Origin: Bacilli bacterium
GTDB taxonomy: Bacteria; Bacillota_I; Bacilli_A; ML615J-28; CAG-698
NCBI GenBank assembly: GCA_050953065.1
Contig: JBMNLZ010000002.1
Location: 384,001 to 448,000, forward strand
Length of the DNA: 64,000 bases
Direction: 5' to 3'
Shown: piece by piece, positions 19,457-30,006 of the stretch
Numbering within the stretch: position 1 is the first letter of the stretch
Layout: the number at the start of each line of letters is the position of its first letter
The notes under the pieces: generated by a model
What the model was told of the DNA's origin: nothing
The model's database searches: none
Seen by the model: only the letters and a program-made list of their open reading frames with translations
Translations under genes and position numbers: made by a program

Positions 19457-21505
19457 ATGAAAAAGTTTTTAAGTTTTTTGTTAATTGTGTTTAGTTTATT
19501 TTTAGTAGGTTGCAAGAAAAATGTTGTAACAAATGATGATGAAGAAGAAAAAAGTGTTGTTTCAGCACAGTCTTTTGATTTGAAATCAGTTGAAGATGTT
19601 AGTGAAATTAAAGATTTATTTAATCTTCAAGCTCCAAATAGAAATTGGCTTGATGGTTTGATTACTTTTTTTGGTGGTGAAAAAGCTGTTGAGGATATGG
19701 TTGATGCAACACCAGGTGCTCCTAGGTCAGAGTTTACTAATGAAGCAGCAGATAGTGTTGGTACAACTGGAGGAGAAACAAGTTCAACTAATGTTCAAGT
19801 AAAAGGTGTCGATGAAGCTGATATCATTAAAAATGATAACCGTTATATTTATATTATTAATGGTTTAAAAATCAGTGTAATTGATAGTGTTGATGATAGT
19901 GTTAAGACGATTGATTTAAAAGATCAGTTTTATCCAGAAGAAGCATATTTAAAAGGTAATACATTAGTGGTATTAGGAACTTTATATAAGAAAGTTACTT
20001 ATACTCCTTATGGAAGAGATACTGATGAACCAGCAACAGATGAATTTTATTACTATTCAACTGGTAGTACAGTAGTTAGTATAATTGATGTTAGTAATAA
20101 ATCAGATATGAAAATTAAGAGAACTGTTATTTATGATGATGCTTATTTAGTTTCTTCAAGAATGATTGATGATAATTTATATTTAGTATTAAATCAATAT
20201 GTAAGATTTGATGATAGAGAAATAGTAATTCCTACTTATCAAGATACAGTTGAAGGTGGTCAAGTAGAGGCTCCTTTATCATCAATTTATATTATGAAAG
20301 GGTATAAAGGATATTATTCATATAATATAGTTTCATCATTAAATATCAAAACAGCTGAAAAAATTAATTATGAAATATATTTAGGATACTTTAGAAATAT
20401 CTATTCATCACTTAATAACTTATATGTTGTTAATGAAGTTTATACAGGATATTATGAAGATCAAAAATTTATGATTCCAGAATTAGTGGTTGATAATAGA
20501 TACTCTACTACATTTTCTAATATTTATAGATTTAATATTGCAGAGGGAAAACTAACATATAAAGCTAGAACACTTATTGCAGGATCTATTAAAGATCAAT
20601 TCTCAATGGATGAGTATGAAGGTATCTTTAGAGTTGCTGCTACAGTTTCAACTTATGAGCCAGCTGAAGATATTCCAACAATTCAAGGTGATGTAATGAT
20701 TTCGATTTTCCCAAGTCGAATGATTAATTTTAAAACTGAAAGTTTTGTTTATACATTTGATATCGCAGATGATAAATTTGAAAAATTAGATAGTTTAGGT
20801 GGAATTGGTGTTGGTGAAACAATTTATAGCGTAAGATTTGATAAAACTTTAGGCTATGTAGTAACATTCAGACAAATTGACCCATTATATAAAATTGATT
20901 TTTCAGATCCTTATAATATAGTAATTTTAGGTGAATTAAAATCACCTGGTGTTAGTGATTATTTACATCTTCATAGTGAAGCATATATTGTTGGAATTGG
21001 TAGAGGTTCTGAAAGTGATACAGTGGGAAGTTTAAATGGAGTTAAGGTTTCTTTATTTAAAGTTAATGGTAAGGAATTAGAAGAAGTTGATGTTTACCAT
21101 TTTGAAGGAGATTATTCTTATACACCTGTTACGTATAATCATTTAAGTTTAATAACTTTAGAAAGTAAAGGATTATATATATTCCCTGTTACAATCTATA
21201 AGTCTAATCAAAGTTATATTTATGGTTCATATATCGCAGTTGTAGAAGTTGATGATGCAACAGAAACAATTACTTTAAAAGGACTTATTGCAAGACAAGA
21301 AGAAACTACATATAGATATTATTATGATAATCCTAGAGCAGTAGTAGTTAATTCTAAACTTTATTCAATCTTTGATAGTGAAGTTGTAATAAATGCTTTA
21401 GATGATGAATTGACTTTACTTGGTGGAGTTAGTTTAGAAGTTATCAAGTTATATGGTGGTTATTATGGATATAGAGGATCTGTTGCAGTTGATCCAATAG
21501 GCTAA
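19457..21505 (+). CDS. Beta-propeller domain lipoprotein (Beta_propel family)
   Basis: Lipobox LVGC; TNVQVKGVDEADIIK, QFSMDEY, ETIYSVRF, VTFRQIDPL and GELKSPG motifs. Confidence 0.85.
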   Translation: MKKFLSFLLIVFSLFLVGCKKNVVTNDDEEEKSVVSAQSFDLKSVEDVSEIKDLFNLQAPNRNWLDGLITFFGGEKAVEDMVDATPGAPRSEFTNEAADSVGTTGGETSSTNVQVKGVDEADIIKNDNRYIYIINGLKISVIDSVDDSVKTIDLKDQFYPEEAYLKGNTLVVLGTLYKKVTYTPYGRDTDEPATDEFYYYSTGSTVVSIIDVSNKSDMKIKRTVIYDDAYLVSSRMIDDNLYLVLNQYVRFDDREIVIPTYQDTVEGGQVEAPLSSIYIMKGYKGYYSYNIVSSLNIKTAEKINYEIYLGYFRNIYSSLNNLYVVNEVYTGYYEDQKFMIPELVVDNRYSTTFSNIYRFNIAEGKLTYKARTLIAGSIKDQFSMDEYEGIFRVAATVSTYEPAEDIPTIQGDVMISIFPSRMINFKTESFVYTFDIADDKFEKLDSLGGIGVGETIYSVRFDKTLGYVVTFRQIDPLYKIDFSDPYNIVILGELKSPGVSDYLHLHSEAYIVGIGRGSESDTVGSLNGVKVSLFKVNGKELEEVDVYHFEGDYSYTPVTYNHLSLITLESKGLYIFPVTIYKSNQSYIYGSYIAVVEVDDATETITLKGLIARQEETTYRYYYDNPRAVVVNSKLYSIFDSEVVINALDDELTLLGGVSLEVIKLYGGYYGYRGSVAVDPIG

Positions 21506-21522
21506 AAAAGGAGGCTAAAAAA

Positions 21523-21753
21523 ATGGAAGAATTACAAAAAAAAGTTATTCTTGCAATAAACAAAATCAGACCATATATTCAAAAAGATGGTGGAGACGTT
21601 GAGTTTGTTAGAATAGAAGATGGTATTGTTTATATCAAAATGCATGGTGCTTGTGTTGGGTGTGCTCATTTAGATGTAACACTAAAAGATGGAATTGAAG
21701 CAATTCTTTTAGAAGAAGTGCCCGGCATTATTGGTGTTGAGCTTGATAAATAG
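21523..21753 (+). CDS. NifU/Nfu-like Fe-S carrier protein
   Basis: IRPYIQKDGGDVE and GACVGC motifs. Confidence 0.92.
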   Translation: MEELQKKVILAINKIRPYIQKDGGDVEFVRIEDGIVYIKMHGACVGCAHLDVTLKDGIEAILLEEVPGIIGVELDK

Positions 21754-21767
21754 TTATTTAAAAGGTC

Positions 21768-21804
21768 TGTGAAGAAGTTGGTGGAGAGCACCAACTTCTT
21801 TACA
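21768..21804. repeat. Strong hairpin or terminator after the nifU-like gene
   Basis: tgtgaagaagttggtg-gagag-caccaacttctttaca. Confidence 0.8.
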
Positions 21805-21809
21805 TAATC

Positions 21810-21932
21810 CTTAAAAATACTGTAGACATAAAATTAGAACCATCGTTTCTAATGATTATTATTGGTGGAGAGTTTGCGTATAAAAGAGAAGATGGAGTTT
21901 TTGTTGTTCCAATCGGGTGTTTAAAACCTTAG
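21810..21932 (+). pseudogene. 3'-terminal remnant of an AAA_14/DUF4143-type ATP-binding protein gene
   Basis: Start-less frame reads LKNTVDIKLEPSFLMIIIGGEFAYKREDGVFVVPIGCLKP*, resembling the PSFLM...AY.R.DGV.VVPIGCL C-terminus of that family. Confidence 0.7.
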
Positions 21933-21954
21933 GTTGTTAAATATAATTAATTGT

Positions 21955-21979
21955 TATTAGCCACTAAAAGTGGCTAATA
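21955..21979. terminator. Perfect 11-bp hairpin after the remnant
   Basis: tattagccact-aaa-agtggctaata. Confidence 0.7.
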
Positions 21980-22070
21980 TTTAAGTTTATGTGGTAAAAG
22001 TAAAATAAGATTTGGTCTTTTTTTGTTGCTTAAATTATGATATAATATACATAAGTTGAGGTTATGTATC

Positions 22071-22409
22071 ATGATAAAAAAAGGAGAAATTGTAATTGGT
22101 GAAATTACAAATATTTTGGGTTATGGAGCTTTTGTTCAAATAGATGATTATACTGGATTAATTCATATATCAGAGTTTTCAGATGGCTTTGTTAGAAATA
22201 TCAAAGATTATGTAAAGGTTGGTCAAAAGGTAAAATTGAAAGTATTAGATGTTAATGAAAAAGAAAAAAAATTGAAACTTACCTATAAGACCTTACATAA
22301 AACACGTGGTGTAATAGGAGAAGTCCCGAGGTTTAATATCGGATTTAAGTCGCTTGCGAAAGCATTGCCGGAATTCATAAAAGAACAAAAAGAAAAGAGG
22401 AATGAATAA
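22071..22409 (+). CDS. S1-domain RNA-binding protein (YugI/GSP13/CvfD-like)
   Basis: YGAFV, GLIHISE and C-terminal GFKSL motifs; TGATATAAT at 22038-22046. Confidence 0.88.
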   Translation: MIKKGEIVIGEITNILGYGAFVQIDDYTGLIHISEFSDGFVRNIKDYVKVGQKVKLKVLDVNEKEKKLKLTYKTLHKTRGVIGEVPRFNIGFKSLAKALPEFIKEQKEKRNE

Positions 22410-23744
22410 ATGAAAATACTTAATTTAAATTATCAAAATGTTTTAAACTTTATTAAAGAGGATGAAATTTTCGCTTATGAAAAAGATTTAAATAATGCGA
22501 AGAATGCTTTATTAAATAAAACCGGAAAAGGAAATGATTATGTAGGGTGGGTAAAATACCCGCTTGAATATGATAAAGATGAATTTAAGAGGATTAAAGA
22601 AGCAGCTAAAAGAATTAGAAAAAATAGTGATGTTTTAGTTGTTATTGGAATTGGGGGGTCTTATTTAGGTGCTCAAGCTGCTTTAAAGATGCTAGGGAAA
22701 TATTTTTCAAAAGAAAAAGATTTAGAAATAATTTTTGTTGGAAATAATGTTTCACCTGAATATGTTTGTGAGTTAGAAGCTTATTTAGAAAAAAAAGATT
22801 TTTCAATTAATGTAATTTCTAAATCAGGTGGCACAATAGAGCCTGCCATTGCTTTTAGAATCTTTAGAAAATTAGCTTTAAAAAAATATGGTAAAAAAGC
22901 AAATGAAAGAATTTTTGCAACAACTGATAAAGTAAAGGGTGCTTTAATTAAAATGTCAGGGATTGAAAAGTATGAGACTTTTTGTATTCCAAGTGATATG
23001 GGTGGAAGATATTCAGTGTTATCTGCTGTTGGATTACTGCCAATTGCTTGCGCTGGCTTTAATATTGATGATGTTATGCAAGGAGCAGTTGATGCATATA
23101 ATTATTATGTTAATAAACCATTAAAAGAAAACGATGCGTTTTTATATGCTGCTATTAGAAATATTTTATATAAAAAAGGTAAAGCAATTGAAATTTTAGT
23201 TTCATATGAACCAAAACTTCATTTCTTAAGTGAATGGTGGAAACAACTTTTCGGGGAATCTGAAGGTAAAGAAAATAAAGGGATTTTCCCAGCTAGTCTA
23301 ATCTATTCAACTGATCTACATTCAATGGGACAATATGTTCAAGATGGTCAAAGAATTTTATTTGAAACAGTAATTGATGTTTTGAATGCAAAATACGATA
23401 AAATTTTAGAAAAAGAAGATACTGATTTAGACGGCCTAAATTATTTAGCTGGGAAAAATATTTCCTTTGTAAGAAGAAATGCTTTAGAAGGAACTGTCTT
23501 AGCTCATGTTGATGGTGGAGTTCCTAATATGATTTTAGAGTTAAAAGAAATTACTCCATATAGTTTTGGATATTTAGTATATTTCTTTATGTTTAGTTGT
23601 GGAGTAAGTGGATACTTACTAGATGTTAATCCTTTCAACCAAGAAGGAGTTGAAGATTATAAAAAGAATATGTTAGCTTTACTTGGTAAAGCAGGATTTG
23701 AAGAATTAAAAGCTAAATTATTAGAAAGAATTAATAAAAAGTGA
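22410..23744 (+). CDS. pgi: Glucose-6-phosphate isomerase
   Basis: GIGGSYLG, SKSG, GGRYSVLS, QLFGESEGK, DLHSMGQ and NPFNQEGVE motifs. Confidence 0.96.
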   Translation: MKILNLNYQNVLNFIKEDEIFAYEKDLNNAKNALLNKTGKGNDYVGWVKYPLEYDKDEFKRIKEAAKRIRKNSDVLVVIGIGGSYLGAQAALKMLGKYFSKEKDLEIIFVGNNVSPEYVCELEAYLEKKDFSINVISKSGGTIEPAIAFRIFRKLALKKYGKKANERIFATTDKVKGALIKMSGIEKYETFCIPSDMGGRYSVLSAVGLLPIACAGFNIDDVMQGAVDAYNYYVNKPLKENDAFLYAAIRNILYKKGKAIEILVSYEPKLHFLSEWWKQLFGESEGKENKGIFPASLIYSTDLHSMGQYVQDGQRILFETVIDVLNAKYDKILEKEDTDLDGLNYLAGKNISFVRRNALEGTVLAHVDGGVPNMILELKEITPYSFGYLVYFFMFSCGVSGYLLDVNPFNQEGVEDYKKNMLALLGKAGFEELKAKLLERINKK

Positions 23745-24316
23745 AACGTCTTTTAATTGTTTTATTGTTTTTATCATTAACTGGATGTAAAACAAAAACT
23801 CCAACAAAAAAAGAGTCATTTGAAAATGATTATGTTTCTTTTAAAAAAACAGAACATGTTTTTCAAAAAGAAGATCTTAATGATGTCTTAGAAATATTAA
23901 TAAAAGAGAGTGGAATTATAGTTTTTGCTTTTAATCCTAATGTTAGAAGTTGTCCTTATTGTGATGAGGCATTACCTATTATAAACGAAGTAGCTAAAGA
24001 GTTAAAAATAGATAAAGTTATCTATGTTGATATTTATGCAGATAGAACTAATAACTCTTATCAATATCAACTACTTTATAATTATCTTACTAATTTAAAC
24101 AATCCAAATGTAAAAGAAGAGATTGCTTTAGAGTTAATAGATAATACTAAAATTATAGTGCCTGATGTTTATGTAGTAAAGGATGGTGAAGTTTTAGCTC
24201 ATCATATAGCACTACTTAAAAATGAAGAAAATCAATATATTAGAAATTTAAATGATGTTCAGAAAGAAGAAGTTTATAATATTTATTATGAGATGTTTTC
24301 TTTATTGTTTGAATAG
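23741..24316 (+). CDS. Thioredoxin-fold lipoprotein
   Basis: Lipobox LTGC, CPYC motif and cis-Pro VP. Confidence 0.75.
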   Translation: MKRLLIVLLFLSLTGCKTKTPTKKESFENDYVSFKKTEHVFQKEDLNDVLEILIKESGIIVFAFNPNVRSCPYCDEALPIINEVAKELKIDKVIYVDIYADRTNNSYQYQLLYNYLTNLNNPNVKEEIALELIDNTKIIVPDVYVVKDGEVLAHHIALLKNEENQYIRNLNDVQKEEVYNIYYEMFSLLFE

Positions 24317-24394
24317 CAATAAAAGCCTTCAAAAAGATTAATTTTTGAAGGTTTTATTTTTAATTTAAATTGGCTTTTTTTCATAAATCTCTAA

Positions 24395-24423
24395 TTGAAA
24401 AATATTAGATAAAATGATATAAT
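24395..24423 (+). promoter_or_regulatory. sigmaA promoter of the tsa operon
   Basis: TTGAAA, 17-bp spacer, TATAAT with extended TG. Confidence 0.7.
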
Positions 24424-24432
24424 AATAACACT

Positions 24433-24876
24433 ATGAAAAAAAGAATTATTATTAACAATATAGAAGAAATAATTAATTTAGGGAAGCGTTTAGGAGAGCT
24501 TGCTAAACCTAATATGGTATATGCTTTAAATGGCATTTTAGGTGCAGGTAAGACAACTCTTACTAAAGGAATTGCTTTAGGGCTTGGTATAAAGAAAATC
24601 GTTAATAGTCCAACCTTTACTATCATGAAAATCTATCAAGGAAAGATGCCTTTATTTCATATTGATGCTTATAGGATAAGTGAAGAGACTGAAGATGAAG
24701 ATTTATTAGAATATTTTGAGATGTCTGGATTAACTGTTATTGAATGGGCTGATAATATTAAAGAGATGATTGGTGAGGTTTTAAATATTGATATTTCAAT
24801 AATTGGGGAAGAAAAAAGGGAAATATTAATTCATTCTTTGAATGAAGAATATTTTGAAGTGATAAATAAGATATGA
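24433..24876 (+). CDS. tsaE: t6A biosynthesis ATPase TsaE
   Basis: GILGAGKT, SPTFT, HIDAYR and IEW motifs. Confidence 0.95.
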   Translation: MKKRIIINNIEEIINLGKRLGELAKPNMVYALNGILGAGKTTLTKGIALGLGIKKIVNSPTFTIMKIYQGKMPLFHIDAYRISEETEDEDLLEYFEMSGLTVIEWADNIKEMIGEVLNIDISIIGEEKREILIHSLNEEYFEVINKI

Positions 24877-25460
24877 AAAAATTAATTTTAGATACTGCAA
24901 CGGATATTTTATTTGTTGGGTTAATGGATGATGAAAAAATAATATATAATAAAACTTTAGCAGGAAGAAATAATCATTCTGAACATTTAATTAAAATTGT
25001 TAGCCAAGCATTATCTTTAAACAATTTAAAAGTTAAAGATTTAGATGAAATTATTGTAGGGCTTGGGCCAGGTTCTTATACTGGTTCTAGGGTATCTTTA
25101 GTTGTAGCTAAGATGTTTGCTTTTACTCATAATGTTATCCTAAAGACTGCAAGTAGTCTTGATATGGCTTTTAGTGGACATTTTGTAAAGGATGGAGTAT
25201 ATGCTTTAAATTTAAGAGCTAAAAAAGATTATGTTTATTGTAATGTTATAGAGGTTAAAAATAGTTTAGTTATAAAAAAAGAAGAAGATAACTTTTTATT
25301 AAAAAAAGATTTTTTTGAAAAGTTAAATAATAAAAATATCGTTTTCTTAGAAGAAAATGATATTAAATTTGATTTATTAGTAATTGTTAATAAACTAAGA
25401 TTAGAAACTGTAGAAAACATTCACAGTTTAGAACCAAATTATTTAAGGAAAAGTCTATGA
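24873..25460 (+). CDS. tsaB: t6A biosynthesis protein TsaB
   Basis: LDTAT, HSE, GPGSYTGSR and EPNYLR motifs. Confidence 0.93.
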   Translation: MKKLILDTATDILFVGLMDDEKIIYNKTLAGRNNHSEHLIKIVSQALSLNNLKVKDLDEIIVGLGPGSYTGSRVSLVVAKMFAFTHNVILKTASSLDMAFSGHFVKDGVYALNLRAKKDYVYCNVIEVKNSLVIKKEEDNFLLKKDFFEKLNNKNIVFLEENDIKFDLLVIVNKLRLETVENIHSLEPNYLRKSL

Positions 25461-25903
25461 AATACTTAATTAGGGAAATGGTTTTAGATGATATTCCTGA
25501 AGTTATTAAAGGTGAAGAAAAAGTCTTTGGTGAATCTTTGGGGTATGATTTATTTTTTTCAGAATTAAAATTTAATCCTTATGCCCATTATGTAGTTTTA
25601 GAGATTGATAAAGTTATTGCTGGATATATTGGTTTTTGGGTTGAAGGTGAAACTGCTTCTTTGGTTAACTTCTATGTTTTAGAAGAATATCAAGGAGAAG
25701 GTTTTGGTCAGATGTTACTTGATTTTGTATTAAAGGTTTGTGAGGCATCTAAAGTTGATGTTTTAAGTTTAGAAGTTAGAGTAAACAATAAAAAAGCTAT
25801 TTCTTTGTATGAGAAGAATAATTTTACTATTAGCCATACAAGAAAGAATTATTATAATAATGGCGAAGATGCATATGTTATGTTAAAAAGTTTTAAGGAG
25901 TAA
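25457..25903 (+). CDS. rimI: Ribosomal-protein alanine N-acetyltransferase
   Basis: GNAT motifs QGEGFG, LEVR and RKNYY...EDA; conserved position between tsaB and tsaD. Confidence 0.92.
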   Translation: MKYLIREMVLDDIPEVIKGEEKVFGESLGYDLFFSELKFNPYAHYVVLEIDKVIAGYIGFWVEGETASLVNFYVLEEYQGEGFGQMLLDFVLKVCEASKVDVLSLEVRVNNKKAISLYEKNNFTISHTRKNYYNNGEDAYVMLKSFKE

Positions 25904-25905
25904 TA

Positions 25906-26859
25906 ATGTTAGTATTAGGTGTTGAGAGTAGTTGTGATGAGACATCGGTTGCGATTGTAAAAGATGGGAAAGAGATTCTTTCAAATATTATCTATTCTCA
26001 AATAGATATTCATAAGGAATTTGGTGGAGTTGTACCTGAGGTTGCAAGTCGTCATCATATTAAAAAAATTACAGTTGTTTTTGAAGAAGCTTTCAAAAAA
26101 GCAAAAGTAGATCCTAAAATGATTGATTTAGTTACTGTTACAGGTAATCCTGGTTTAATTGGTTCGCTACTTGTTGGAATTAATGCGGCTGAAGCTTTTG
26201 CTTTAGCATATAATATTCCTTGTATTAAAGTAGATCATATTACAGGTCATATTTATGCTAATTATATTGAGCATTCATTTTGTTTTCCACTTTTAGCTTT
26301 AGTTGTTTCAGGGGGACATACTGAACTTGTTTTAATGAAAGAACATTATTCTTTTGAAAAGTTAGGTGAAACATTAGATGATGCAATTGGTGAGGTTTAT
26401 GATAAAGTTGGTAGAGTTCTAGATTTACCTTATCCTGGAGGAGTCTATGTTGATAGACTTGCTAAAGAAGGAAAACCTCTTTATGATTTACCTTTAGTTT
26501 ATTTAGAAAATCAACCATATAATTTTAGCTTTTCAGGACTTAAAACGGCAGTTTTAAATATTATCAATAAAGCAAATATGAAAAACGAACCAATTAATAA
26601 AGCAGATCTAGCTACCTCTTTTCAACATGTAGCTATCAAAGTAATTGTTGATAAAACAATTAATGCTGCAAAAGAGTTTAATGTTAAACAAATTCTAATT
26701 GCAGGTGGAGTTGCTGCTAATTCTCATTTAAGAAAAACTTTAAAAGAAGAAGCAGAAAAAATCGGAATAGAAGTCATTTATCCAAGTATGGAGTACTGTA
26801 CAGATAATGCTGCCATGATTGCAATTAGTGGATATTTTAAATATAAATTAAATAAGTAA
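25906..26859 (+). CDS. tsaD: tRNA threonylcarbamoyltransferase TsaD
   Basis: ESSCDET, GGVVPEVASRHH, VSGGHT, FSFSGLKT and TDNAAMI motifs. Confidence 0.96.
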   Translation: MLVLGVESSCDETSVAIVKDGKEILSNIIYSQIDIHKEFGGVVPEVASRHHIKKITVVFEEAFKKAKVDPKMIDLVTVTGNPGLIGSLLVGINAAEAFALAYNIPCIKVDHITGHIYANYIEHSFCFPLLALVVSGGHTELVLMKEHYSFEKLGETLDDAIGEVYDKVGRVLDLPYPGGVYVDRLAKEGKPLYDLPLVYLENQPYNFSFSGLKTAVLNIINKANMKNEPINKADLATSFQHVAIKVIVDKTINAAKEFNVKQILIAGGVAANSHLRKTLKEEAEKIGIEVIYPSMEYCTDNAAMIAISGYFKYKLNK

Positions 26860-26951
26860 AAGAGCTTTTTTAAACTTATTATTCTTGTTTGATTATGTTA
26901 GTAGAAAATGGTATAATTTGTATAGAATAAAAATAGAAAATAGGAGATTTT

Positions 26952-28595
26952 ATGTGGACAAGTTTTAATTTTGATATCATAATCATAATAATTACTATTA
27001 CTATTTTAATAGTTTGTTTTTATCAAGGCTTTTTAAAAAGTTTAAAGAGTTTTTTATATATAGTTTTACCATTAGGCCTAACTTTAATGATTAATAAAAC
27101 TATTATTGATTCTAAAATTTTAGACCCGATTATTAAGTTTTTCTATACATTTAAATATGGTTATACTTTATATTCTATTTTTTCTGGAATATTAGTTTTT
27201 GGATTTATTTTATTAGTTGTTTGGTTTTTCTTTAAAATTTCAAGATTTAATGTTGAAAATGTTACAAGAAGAAAAATTTTTGGATTAAGATTTGTTTCTT
27301 TAGTTTTTGGATTGATTGAAGCGTATGTTTTAATTTTTATTGTGATGAGTTTGCTTTATATTGTTCTACCTTTTAAAGATTCTTTTCCTTTAACAAAAAC
27401 TCTTTTAAAAACAGCTAATCAACAATATGAAGTAACTGAGATTGCAAGACTTCAAGTTGATATGCAAAAGTATAATCAAATTAGTACTGATGTGGATATA
27501 ATTGATGGAAATAAAATTAAAAGAAATTATCAAGAATTTAAATTATCTCAAGATTTAATTAAAGAAATAGATAGAAGATTTAATGAAACAATTTATGGAT
27601 ATCTATCAACTGAATCTAAAGAATTACTAAATAGTTATTTACCAGTACCAAATACAGGTTATGCAAGAGCATTACTAGCAAAAGATGGTAAGAGTTATGT
27701 TTATGATAAAATAATTAAAAAGGAAAGAAGAAACGCTAATATTAGAGCAATAAAATCTTTTTATAAAGAATTGTTTGAACTTGAAGGTTGGGTTCTTTTT
27801 ACCTTTGATAAATCAATTCCTGAAAATGGATCATTAGAAGTTGTAACAAATGAAATGGTTACTTCAAACACTTTATTTAATGAAAAAATTTCTAGCCTAA
27901 AACAACTTAATAAGATGTTAGATATTGTAGATGATTTCAGAGTATTTAAAGATGTCTATCCTTTAGTATTTGATTATTTTGAAACAGTCTTAGAAGATGT
28001 TAATGTTGATATTAGTGCTGGAATTTCATATGAGAATTTAAAAGTTTATCAAGGTTATTTTAATCAACTGTTTTATAATGCATCTTTAAAGGTAGAGTTT
28101 TTAAATTATTTAAAAGATAATTATGCAAGTGAAATAAGAATTATTAATGCAGTTAACCGTTTAGAAAAAAGTAGTGTTGATTCAACACTAAATTATAATA
28201 TTTCAATTTCAACTAATATCTTTTTAACTGAAAATCCATATTATTTGAATTTTAGTAAACGTTGGAAAACTAATGCTTTGATTTTTGCTTATGTTCAAGA
28301 TGCGATTATTGTTGATAATATGCATGCTCAATTCTTAACAGATTATATTTATTTTAATCATTTACTTGATACTAATCCAAAAGTAGTTAATTCAAGCGAT
28401 GTAGCATTTTTACTTAATAGTATTGAGGGGTTAGTTAATGATAAGATTATCTTTGAAGAAACAGCAATGATGGTTTTAGATGCGATTGTTTTTGATGGTT
28501 ATTTAGATGATTTAGAAAATGCTGCTTTAGAAGAATTTAAAGCATCACCATATACCTCTGATAGAGCAATTGCTTATTTTATGGGAGGTAGTTAA
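26952..28595 (+). CDS. Membrane protein with a CvpA-like N-terminal TM region and a large helical C-terminal region
   Basis: 4 TM segments with a QGFLKSL...FGLIEA pattern like CvpA; promoter TTGATT-17-TATAAT at 26889-26917. Confidence 0.55.
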   Translation: MWTSFNFDIIIIIITITILIVCFYQGFLKSLKSFLYIVLPLGLTLMINKTIIDSKILDPIIKFFYTFKYGYTLYSIFSGILVFGFILLVVWFFFKISRFNVENVTRRKIFGLRFVSLVFGLIEAYVLIFIVMSLLYIVLPFKDSFPLTKTLLKTANQQYEVTEIARLQVDMQKYNQISTDVDIIDGNKIKRNYQEFKLSQDLIKEIDRRFNETIYGYLSTESKELLNSYLPVPNTGYARALLAKDGKSYVYDKIIKKERRNANIRAIKSFYKELFELEGWVLFTFDKSIPENGSLEVVTNEMVTSNTLFNEKISSLKQLNKMLDIVDDFRVFKDVYPLVFDYFETVLEDVNVDISAGISYENLKVYQGYFNQLFYNASLKVEFLNYLKDNYASEIRIINAVNRLEKSSVDSTLNYNISISTNIFLTENPYYLNFSKRWKTNALIFAYVQDAIIVDNMHAQFLTDYIYFNHLLDTNPKVVNSSDVAFLLNSIEGLVNDKIIFEETAMMVLDAIVFDGYLDDLENAALEEFKASPYTSDRAIAYFMGGS

Positions 28596-28596
28596 A

Positions 28597-29988
28597 ATGA
28601 ATAATAATTTTAATAACCAAAACCAGTATAATAATCCATATTATAATCAAAACCAACAACAGCATCCTAATCAACAACAAAATCAAAATAATCCATCTAG
28701 AAGTAGTTATGTAGGATATCAAAGACCAAATTTTAATACTCCTAGTAATCAATCTAATTATCAAAATCAATTTGCAAGAGGAAACTATGATCAATATGGT
28801 AGACCAATAAGAACACCATATGAGAGTCCATATCCAAGGCCAAGTGTTGATAATAATAGGTTTAATCAAAATCAATTTAGAAACGATAATCAATATAATA
28901 TTCCAAATGATGAACAGGTTAGAAGAGAAAATCAATATAATAGGCCAAGTGATAATCAATCTAGATTAAGAGATAGTAATTATCTAGGATATCAAAAACC
29001 AAACTATAATATTCCAAGTAATGTAAATCAACCTAATTATCCAAATCAATATGGTTTTAATCCATTTAAAGCACAAGATAATACATATCAGTCTCCTGTC
29101 AAAGAACCAGTTGATAATTCATTTTTAAGACAGTATTTAAAATCAAATCCATTTTTTCATGATAATAAAAAAAATGATTTTGGTCAGTTGTATTTAGATG
29201 ATTTCTTTATTAGAGTTAGAAACAAAGAATTTAGTGTTGATGAGTTAATGAAGAATGTGGCTTATTCTGAAGAAAGAAAACTTAAATACATTAAAAAAAC
29301 TTTAAAAGCTTGGAAAAAAGAATACAAACAAAAGAAAAAAGAAGTTGTTAAGGTAACTAAACATACTCAAGAAATAACAGGAGATGTTGTTTGTAAGAAG
29401 GTAAAACTAAAACATAGAATTACTTTAGCAGTATTTCTAACAATCATTCTAATCTTTGGTTTTGCGCAAGGAAATTTATGGGATTCTTTAAGTAATAATA
29501 ATTTCTTTTATAGAGTCCAAGATACATTAAATAATTTCTTTGAAGCAACTGTTTGGGCTAGAGTCTTAGTAAACTTAACAGTTTATTCAATAGTTGGAGT
29601 ATTTGCGTTTTCACTTTTACTTAAATTTATTATAAGAGATTATAGAAAATATTGTGCGAAAGCTAAAAGTACTTTTAGAGAAAAAAAACATCGTCTAGAA
29701 AGAAACTTTTCTTCTAAATATAGAAAAGTTAAAAGACATTGTTATAAAAGATGCAAAGATGAAGATTATACAAAAAAACTCGATATGATGTATATCGGAG
29801 TTGAAGAAGATGATTTAGAAATGATGAATAAAATTAATAGCATTTATACTGAAAGTATTGCTAGAGTTAAAAGACTTAAACCTATATTATTCTTTTCAAA
29901 ATGGTTTTTAATTTTATCTTCATATTTAGGTTCTTTTATCATAATATTGTGTGTTATAATTGAAGTATTAAGAAAGGTAGTTTTTTAA
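28597..29988 (+). CDS. Hypothetical membrane protein with a long N/Q/Y/P-rich low-complexity N-terminus
   Basis: ATG 28597 after GGAGGT; about 170 aa of low complexity, then 3 predicted TM segments. Confidence 0.75.
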   Translation: MNNNFNNQNQYNNPYYNQNQQQHPNQQQNQNNPSRSSYVGYQRPNFNTPSNQSNYQNQFARGNYDQYGRPIRTPYESPYPRPSVDNNRFNQNQFRNDNQYNIPNDEQVRRENQYNRPSDNQSRLRDSNYLGYQKPNYNIPSNVNQPNYPNQYGFNPFKAQDNTYQSPVKEPVDNSFLRQYLKSNPFFHDNKKNDFGQLYLDDFFIRVRNKEFSVDELMKNVAYSEERKLKYIKKTLKAWKKEYKQKKKEVVKVTKHTQEITGDVVCKKVKLKHRITLAVFLTIILIFGFAQGNLWDSLSNNNFFYRVQDTLNNFFEATVWARVLVNLTVYSIVGVFAFSLLLKFIIRDYRKYCAKAKSTFREKKHRLERNFSSKYRKVKRHCYKRCKDEDYTKKLDMMYIGVEEDDLEMMNKINSIYTESIARVKRLKPILFFSKWFLILSSYLGSFIIILCVIIEVLRKVVF

Positions 29989-30006
29989 AAAACAGGAGGG
30001 TAATTC

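Noticed and set aside
21760-22030. Relatively GC-rich, structured intergenic region as a possible ncRNA or riboswitch
   Set aside because: No recognisable riboswitch, T-box, SRP, tmRNA or RNase P motif; better explained as two hairpins around a protein-coding remnant
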